A DNA stretch of 42,951 nucleotides, taken from positions 4,262 to 47,212 of the forward strand of contig CAZIEA010000004.1 of NCBI GenBank assembly GCA_964538495.1. The letters run 5' to 3'. The notes beneath the pieces were generated by a model. It saw only the letters and a list, made by a program, of their open reading frames with translations. It was not told the DNA's origin and ran no database searches. Below, in pieces: positions 1-9,000 of this stretch (position 1 is its first letter; each line of letters begins with the position of its first letter). The position numbers were made by a program, and so were the translations under genes. Source of the DNA: an uncultured bacterium (GTDB lineage: Bacteria > Auribacterota > Erginobacteria > Erginobacterales > DAOSXE01).

Positions 1-3000
1 AACATCCGACATTAGTGGGGGCGGTGTTGTCGATGATGAAGCGCCCGCTCGCGCTCGCCACCGCCGGGTCGGCGTCGTCGGAAACCCGGACCTGGTAGGT
101 GCTCCCGTCCGGGTAGGCGGAGGTGTCCCAGCCAGGCCAGGTGAGGGTGTCCCAGGCCACTCCGGAGGCGATGGCGAGCCAGGAAGTCCCGTTGGTGGCA
201 TAGTCCAGGCTGACGGTGTCGCCCCCGCCCCAGCCCTCCCCGATGGCCAGCCAGGACAAATCGTGCGCCCCGCTCCACTTCTCGGCCCCGAAGGCGCCCC
301 CGTAAGGGGTGATCAGGAAGAGGGAGTCGAGCGAGGAGCGCGAGGCCTCTTCCATCCCCCCGTAGGCCCCCTGGTTGACCCTCTGCCCGTTGGGGAAGGT
401 TTCCTCCCCGTAGTCGTCGTAGGGGCTGCCGGAGTTGAGGGCGGGGCTGTCGGAAGCGTCGGCGGCCCAACTCCCGAAGTGGTAGGACCCCTCGGTGCTT
501 CGGGGATGGAAATCGTCGTCGGCCCCATGCTTTCCGCCTAAAATTCCATCCGCTCCGGGCGGGTCCGCGAAGAGCGGATCCGCGCTCAGGCTGTGTTGGT
601 CCTGGCGGCTGGCAATTTGCCAGTCGGTTAAAGTAGCCCGGGGAAGCCCCCAGAATCCAACCCCGCCTCCCCCGGTGACATAGAGGTTATTGAAGTTGGA
701 AAACTGGCTTGAGGTCGAGATGAAGTAGAGACCGTAGACGCTTGTGCTCTCTGCCCAGACCGTATTGTTTTTTACCGTGCATCCCGGCGCGTTGATAGAG
801 AGTTCGTAACTGGAGTTTCCATAAAGCGTGTTGTTGGCTATGACGCTTGGGCTTCCCGCGAAGGCGGCCCCCCCGCCCGAGTTGCCGTAAATCAGATTGC
901 GCTTGAAAACCGAGGACGAGGTTGAAAAGGAAACTCCGGTTCGCTCGTTGGAGTATATGGCATTCCCGGAAACCTCTGCCGAATTGGAGCCGGCGGCCGC
1001 CAAACCGAAGTGGTTGAGGAATATGGCATTCCCGTCCACGGAGAGGCCCGGGCAATTTGCCGCTTGCAAGCCGGAGTGAGTGCTCCCCGGGGCCGGGTAT
1101 CCGTAATTCATGCCTATCAGGTTCCCGGCAACGGTTAGGGAAACACAATCGTCAAAGATGATACCGTGGGTAATATTTCCAGTTATGGAGTTATCACGAA
1201 CGACTACCTGAGAGCCCCCTTCTCCCCTGATTCCCGCCCCTCCTCCGCCCACTCCTCCGGCGGAACTCTGCCCGTTCCAGGATACTTCGGATTCTCTGAT
1301 CGCTACGCCTTGAACTTGTTCCATCCTTAACCCGTAGTCCAAAGCGGCCGCCAAGGTTATTCCCGCCAACTCAAGGTAGCTGGTTCGATTCAAGTAGATT
1401 CCGGTATTTGCCTGTCCCATTCCGGAGAGAAGAGAGCGGTTGGAGGACCCGGTCAGGAAGATCGACCCGGCCGGGCTCCCGGAGTCGGGGAGCCCGATCT
1501 CGACCGCGGTCGCCAGGGGATATATTCCGGTATCAATATAGACGGTGTCGCCCGGTTCCAGGTCCACGAGGTCTATGAGATTCTTCAAAGTCCGCTTGGG
1601 TCGGGAGGGGAGGGCCCCGCTGTAGGAGTCGCTTCCCGTGGTGGTGGTATAAACGTCGTCCAGGACCCCGGTGTCGTTGACCCAGTAGTTAATCCCGGGG
1701 GCGCCGGGGGAGCGGGAGGCTTGGTAGGTGTTGCCGTAAGCTCCCAGGTTGATCCTGCCTCCCTTGGGGGAGGTTTCGTAGGGGCAGGGGAAAGCCGGGT
1801 CCCCGGCGTCGATACCGGGCGAGGTCAGGAGATCGCTGTCGGTCCAATTGGCCCAACTCACCCAGCGTCCGGCCGGGCTGAGCAGGTGGTAGTCGGAACC
1901 AGCCGCGGCAAAGAGCGGGTCAACGCTCAGGCTGTTGGCGTCCTGCAGGGCCGCCCCCTGCCAGGAAGCCAGGTCGGGGGCGTCCCCGCCCCAGTAGCCC
2001 AGTACCGCCGGGGCGGGCCCAAGGAGGTTGTTGTAATCGGAAAGGAAGCCGTTTTCGCTCCCCGCGTCCACGTAGACCCCATAGGCCCCAGCGGCCACGG
2101 CCCAAAGGATGTTGTTGCGCAGATAGCTGTGGGGGGCGTTCAGGCAGAAAACTTCCCCCAGGGTGTTGTTATAGGAGGTGACGTTGACTACCCGGTTCCC
2201 CTCGCCCCCGGACAAACTTGCTCCCGCCCCGGAATTGCCGTCGAGGACGAAATTGAACAGGGTATTGGCGTTGCCGGTGACCTGGATCCCGTCGCCCCCG
2301 TGATTCCAGGAGCGGCCCCGGCGGACGGTGTTGTTGTCCCCGGAAACCAGCAACCCCGCCCCGGTGGCCCGGGTGAAGGAGATATTGTCCAGTTCGACAT
2401 AATCTCCTTCCAGGAGCAGGCAGTTCTCGAAGAGGTTGCCCGCGTCCAGGATCACGCCTGCCCCGGTTCCGGCGATCCGGACCGGGTAGTAGGCCGAGCC
2501 CGAATCCGGGGCGGCTACGGTCAGGGGGGCGGCCAGGACATAGGTCCCGGCATTGACGTAGACGGTGTCGCCCGGCTCGAGGTCCCGGTTGGCCAGGATC
2601 CAGCGTAGGCCGGTGGTGGCGCTTTCGATATTGGTTGCCCGCCAGACCGCGGAGGTGGAAAAGACCCCGTAACCGTCGGTGTCGGCGGTGAACCCGCAGA
2701 ACGGGCTTACGTTTTCGATCTCGTCCCGGGCCTTGACCCGCCAGTAGTAGGTGCTTCCGGCGGCGAGATTGGGCGCCCACATGCTCCAAGCGATCCATCC
2801 CGAGTTAATCAACCCGGAGGTGAAAGCGGGCGAATCGGCGACCTGGAAATAGTAGGGGAGGGGATGGAGCCCGACCAGGGCGTCCAGGGCAGTCAGCGCG
2901 CGCAGGGGGACATAGGAAGGCAGCCCTGTTTCCCCGTCTTCAGGGAGGAAGACCCCGACGTTGGCGGGGGGGGTGTTGTCGATGGTGAAGGTTCCGCTTC

Positions 3001-6000
3001 CCGCTCTCAGCCCGCCCGGCTCGCTCACCAAGATCTGGTAACTGTTTCCGTCGGCCACCGAGATGGTGCTCCAGTCGGGGTAGATCTGGGTGGGATAAGT
3101 TTCGGTGGAGATGGTGAAAAAGGCCGAACCGTCGGTGGTGTACTCCACCACCAGGAGATCCCCCGGGACCCAATCTTCCCCCACCGCCAGCCAGCGGATG
3201 TTCTGGAGTCCGTTCCACTTTTCCCCTCCCACCGGTTCCACCATGGCCAGGGTCTTGGTGCTGGCCAGGGAGGCCTGGTAGGTGCCCCCGTAGGCCCCGA
3301 TGTTGATGCGGCCGCCGTTGGGCTCGGGCTCCGGGGTATAGTCGCTTCCGGCGGGATGGAAGACCCGGGTCCCGGCCGGGTAGGAGCCGTCCACGCCGGT
3401 GGCGCCGACCAGGAGGTCCCCGCTCTTCCCGGTATAGGAGATGAAATCGCCCGCGATGTCGGTGGTATCAAGCTGGTCGGGAAAGTTGGTCGCGTCGGTT
3501 AATTCCAGGAAGGTCGAAGCGGAAGTGACGGGCTGGGCCAGGTAGGAGTCGGCGCTGTAGATCTGGCCCAGGTTCAGGCCGGGGCTGGCGTTGGTGTCGG
3601 CGCTCCAGAGCCCCTCGTGGTAGCTCCCCAGCGGGCTCTGGAGGTGGAAGTCTATCCCGGGGGCGACGAAAACCGGGTTGAGGTTGAGGCTGGCCCCGTC
3701 CTGCCCGCTGGCCGCCCGCCAGAGGTCGAAGGTGGACCGTTTCCCCCCCCAGTAGCCGATGTCCGCTCCGCCGGTGGCATAGAGAATATTGTAGTTGGAG
3801 GAAATGCCGATGCCGGTCGCGCCCGCATAGAAAGCGTAATTTCCCGTCTGGTGGGCCCAGAGGACGTTGTTGACGACGAGACTGCGGTTCGAAACGTTGG
3901 AGACGCTGAGTTCGCCCCCGTTTTTATAGCAAGTGTTGCTGATGATTCTCCCGTCCGGGCAGGAGCCGACCAGTATAATTCCATAGCCAGCGTTTCCGTG
4001 GACGGTATTGTGAGAGACCGAAGGGCCGGTCGTGATGTTGATGGAAATCCCCGCGTTCGAGTTTGCGCGGAGGGTATTTCCCGTTATGATGGCGCGGCTG
4101 CATTGGTACAGGTAAAAGCCGTTGATGTTTTCCCGAGCGGTGTTGTTTCTGAAGGTCCCCGACGAAACCTGCCAGGCGTATAACCCGTTTACCGCGTTGG
4201 CGTAAAAGAGGTTTTCGCTAATCAGGTTTGCCCCGGAAAGGTTGTAGAGATACGCTCCCGTTCCCAGATTGGCAAAAGAGGTGTTCCCCCGGAAGGTCGA
4301 GGAGTTCGGGTTGAAGAGATGAAATCCGTTGCTGCTGTTGTGTTCGGAGCGGTTCCCCTCTAAAAGCGATCCCGTGCCTCCGGAAAGGTAAACTCCTGCG
4401 CCGTAGTTATAGGAGAAAGAGTTTTTGCTCAAGACGACGGAGGAAGAACTCCCGGAAAACCCGTTTGACCCGCTGCCCCTGATTACGGAATCAGCCAGGG
4501 AACAGTTGGAGGAACTGGTTATGGAAACGGCATTGGCGGAAGCGTTGAATATCCAAAGCCGGTCGAGGTTGATGAAGCCCTTCCCTGAGATGGAAATGCA
4601 GGTTGGGACCACGCCCTCGATATCCAGGATCGAGGTATTGGGGGAACCGGCGATGGTGATCGGCTGTCCCGCCGTTCCCGCGGCCGGAATGCTTATAGTG
4701 GAGGTGACCGGGTAAAGTCCGGTGTCGAGATAGACCGTGTCCCCCGGCAGCATCGTGTAATTGGCAAAGACCGCTCCCAGGGAGTCCAGGGGGGAAGATG
4801 GATTCAGCCCGTCGTGGTCAGGCCAGGGGAGGCCCCCGGTGGAACAGTAGTAGTCCCACTCGGTGTCGGCGTCGTTGACATAAAAGTTGCGCCCGGCCAC
4901 TCCCGGGGAACGGGAGGCCTGCACGGTGTTGCCGTAGGCCCCCAGGTTGATCCGGCCGCCGTTGGGACCCGATTCCAGGGCGTAGGTGGAGAAGGGGTTG
5001 CCCCGGTCCACCCCGGGGGAGGTCTGGGTGTCGAGGGCCCAGGAAACCCCGTTCCAGCGCCCGCCCGCGCTCAGGAGGTGAAAATCGTCCGCCCCCGGCG
5101 CGAAGAGGGGATCCCGGCTCAAGCCGCTTTGGTCCTGTAAACTGGCCCCGGTCCACTCCGAGAACGTGGCCAGGGTCTCGGAGTTCCAGTAGCCGATCAA
5201 ACCGCCGGAGTCGGCGTAGAGGTCGTTGTAGTCGGAAGAGAATTCCACCTGGCTCGCGCTTTCCACATAGAGGGCGACTTTTTCCGCCCCCGTAGCCCAG
5301 AGGATGTTGTTGAGGAGCCCGCAGTGAGTGGAGCCGACCGGGTGGTAAGGGGCGGGGGGGATGTCGTCTGCGAGAAAGACTTCCTGCGTCCCGTTGCGGG
5401 CGCAGGAGTTGTTTTCGATGACGGAGTAATGAGAGGCGAAAAGGTGGATTCCGGCCAGGGAGTTGTCGTAAACCCGCATGTTCCGGATGGTGGTGTAGTC
5501 TCCGGTGACCTCAATCCCGTCGCCCCCGTTGGAGAAACTCGCCCCGTACTGCAGGCTGTTGTGGTCCCCGGAGATAAGCACGCCGCTGGAGACGGCGTTG
5601 GTGAAGGCGAAGTTCTCCACCTGGTAGTAATCGCCGCTGACGGTCAAACAGTGGTCGTGAATTCCCCCGGCGTCGAGCAGAACCTCGCCACCGTAGCCGG
5701 TGATCCGGACCGGGGCCTCCTCGGAGCCCTGGTCGGCGGGGCCGAACTCGAGCGGGGAGGAGAGGCTGTAAGCCCCGGCGTCCACATAGACGATGTCCCC
5801 GGGGTTGAGTTCGACATTGTCCAGAATCCAGCGCAAGCCCACGGTCTCGGACTCAATGTCGAGGGCGTGGTAAACCCCTAAGGTTCGGAATGACCAGTAG
5901 GTTCCGGGCGCGTCGGCGTCCCCGCAGAAGCCGCGCTCGTTGACGGGGTCGGCGCTGTCGCGGGCGTTGACCCGCCAGTAGTAGGTGGTGTTGGGGGTGA

Positions 6001-9000
6001 GGGCCGGGTGCCAGGTGGGCAGTTCCCGCCAGCCCGAGTTCTGCACGGCCGGTGAGTTGAAAAGCGGGGAGGTGTCGATCTGGAAGTAGTAGGGCTCGGT
6101 ATTGAGTCCGGCGGGCGAATCGGAGGCAATGAGAGCCGTCAGGGTGGTGGAGACGGGTTCCCGGGGACTCCCGTCGGCGGGAAGGCGGCAGCCGACATTG
6201 ATGGGAGGGGTATTGTCCACGATGAAGAAGCCGCTGATGTCTTCGGTAAAGAAAGCCGGTCCGCCGGGAGAGGAGATCTTGACGCGGTAGTCGGTGTTGT
6301 CGCCGGCGGCCGACAAGGTGTTCCAGCTCGAGTAGGTTCCGGTGATGTAGGAGAGACCGGAGGTGATTTCGAAGAAGGAAACTCCGTTCGTGGTGTATTC
6401 CAGGCGCACCGTGTCGGCGGGGAGCCAGCCGTCCCCGTGGGAGGACCAGGCAATCTCGTGGCTCCGGCTCCACTTCTCGGTCCCCCAGGGGCTGCCCAGG
6501 GGAGAGGAGAGGGAGAGAGTCTTCAGGCCGGATCGGGAGGCCTCGGAGGTGTTCCCATAGGTCCCGATGTTTATTCTCCCCCCGTTGGGGGAGAGTTCCA
6601 GGGAATAGTCGTTATCCGGGTTGCCCTTGTTCAGGCCGGGGCTGTTGACCGCGTCCACGACCCATTTTCCGTTCAGGAACCTTCCTTCCGTGCTCCGGAG
6701 GTGGAAATCCCCGCCGGCGGGGTCGTAGAAAAGTGGATTGGCGGAGACTCCGTGGCCGTCTTGTCTGCTGGCGTTGCGCCAGGCCTCGAAAGTGGATCGA
6801 GCCGCTCCCCAGAAGGCCAGGTCGGCCCCGCTCAGGACGTAATAGAGGTTGTAATCGGCGGTGTGGCCGTGGGCCGAGGGACTGGGGGTTTGGAAGTAAA
6901 GCCCGGTATTTCCCGCTCCCTCGACCCAGAAGATGTTGTTGGAAAACTCCGTGTTGTAGGTGCTGTTGATTACGTACACGGCCCGGGTCGTATTCCGGTA
7001 GAAGACATTGTTCCTGATTTGCAGGTTATTGCAGGCGGTCAGGTAGATCCCGATGCCGGTTATTTCCCGGAGCAGGTTGTTGGCCAGCAGGCAGTCATTC
7101 GAGGTGTCGAGCGAGATGCCGGTATTCCCCGCGCAGGTGTTTCCGGAGACGGTTTGATTGTGGTTGCGGTAGAGCCGGATCCCGCTGGTGGCGTTGGCGG
7201 CGACTTGGTTGTTGATTATCGTGGCCGGCGACCAGTAACAGTAGATTCCGCTTCCGCCGTTAGAGAGGCAGGAGTTGTCCTGGATGAGATGGCCGCCGCC
7301 GCCCGAGTAAATGTATATCCCCTGCCCGGAGTTTTCCGAGACGGTGTTCCCCTTGATTTGCGCGGTCGCCCCCAGGTAAAAGTAAATGCCGTGGCTCTGG
7401 TTATCCTGGACTATGTTCTCCTTGAGTTCGGGATAGTCCGTGCTCTGGTTGCAGTAAATCCCGGCGCCTTTGTTGAGGAGGACCTGTGTGTCGCGGATTA
7501 GCGTGCGCTTGGACTCGGAAACGTAGATGCCGTTGTCCCCGGAAGTGGTGACGCGGCAGCCGGAAATGGACAGATAGTCCGACCGGTAGACAGTAACTCC
7601 CGCCTGCCCCGCGTTGATGAACTGAAACCCGTTCAGGGATACGTAAGGGGCGGAGCTTACCCCGAGGCAGTAAGCCAGGGTGCCGCCGCCGTCGAGAACG
7701 CTGCCTTCCGGAGAACCGGTCAGGGTAATCGGATTGTCGGCGCTGCCCGTCCCCCTGATGATCAGCAGGGCCGACGGCGTGTAAAGGCCGGTGTCCACGA
7801 AGACCGAGTCTCCCGCGGTCAGGGTGTAGTGATCCAGCACCGCCTCCACGGAGTCGAGCGGGCTGGCGGGGCTCAAGCCGTTGTGGGCGGGCCAGGGGAG
7901 GCCGGAGGTGGAGCAGAAGTAATCGTATTCGACGGAAGAATCGTTGACGTAGAAGTTGCGCCCGGTCTTGCCCGGGGCGCGGGAGGCTCCCGGGGTGTTG
8001 CCGTAGGCGCCCAGGTTGACCCTGCCCCCGTTGGGGGCGGTCTCCAGGCCGTAAGGGGAAGCGGGGTCCCCCCGGTCCAGCCCCGGGGAGTTGCTCCCGT
8101 CCGCGCTCCAGCCGAAACCGGGTTTCCAGCTTCCGGTGGTGCTCTGGAGCCGGTAGTTGCCGCCCCCGACGAAGAGGGGGTTGGCACTGATGCTGTCGGC
8201 GTCTCCCCCGGAGGCCCCGGTCCAGGCCGCGAAAGCGGCTTGGGTGGCGGAATTCCAGTAGCCGACCGAGGCGGGGGCGGTGGCAAAAAGGTCGTTGTAG
8301 TCGGAATCGAAGCCGGCCTGGCTCTCGGGTTCGACGAAGATCGCGATCTGCCCCCCGGTCCCGGTTGCCCAGGCGATGTTGTTGCGCAGCACGGCGTAGC
8401 TGGAGCCGTTCAAGCCGGTGTCTTCCAGGTGGATTTCCCGGGTTCCGTTATTGGCGCAGGTGTTGTTGGTCAGTTCGGAGGAGTAGCTGGAAATCAGGCG
8501 GATACCGGAGAGAGTGTTGTTGTGGACAAGCATATTGCGGATGATGGTGTAGTCGCCGCTGGTCTCGATTCCAGAGCCGCCGTTCAGGAAAGACCTTCCT
8601 CCCTGGAGGGTGACGTGGTCGCCCTCGATTCGGATGCCGCTGTCGGTGGCGCCGGTAAAGGCGAAGTTCTCGACCTGGAACCAGTCCCCGGTCACCCGCA
8701 GGCAGTTGAGGGCGGTCCCGTTGCCGTCCAGGAGGACTTCCCCGTTCAAGCCCACGATCCGGACCGGGGAACCCTCCGCCCCCTCGTCGGCGGGGGAGAG
8801 GAGCATCGGCTCGCTCAGGGTGTAGCTTCCCGGGGCGACATAGACGATATCCCCCTGGGAAAGATCGTGGTTCTGCAGGATCCAGCGCAAGCCGTCGGTG
8901 GTCGCGGTGGCTTCGCTCGGCTCCACCGTGAGGGCGTGGTAGATACTTTGGGTCCGGAAGTAGCGGTAGGTCCCCGGAGAAGTGGTTTCCGCCTGGAACT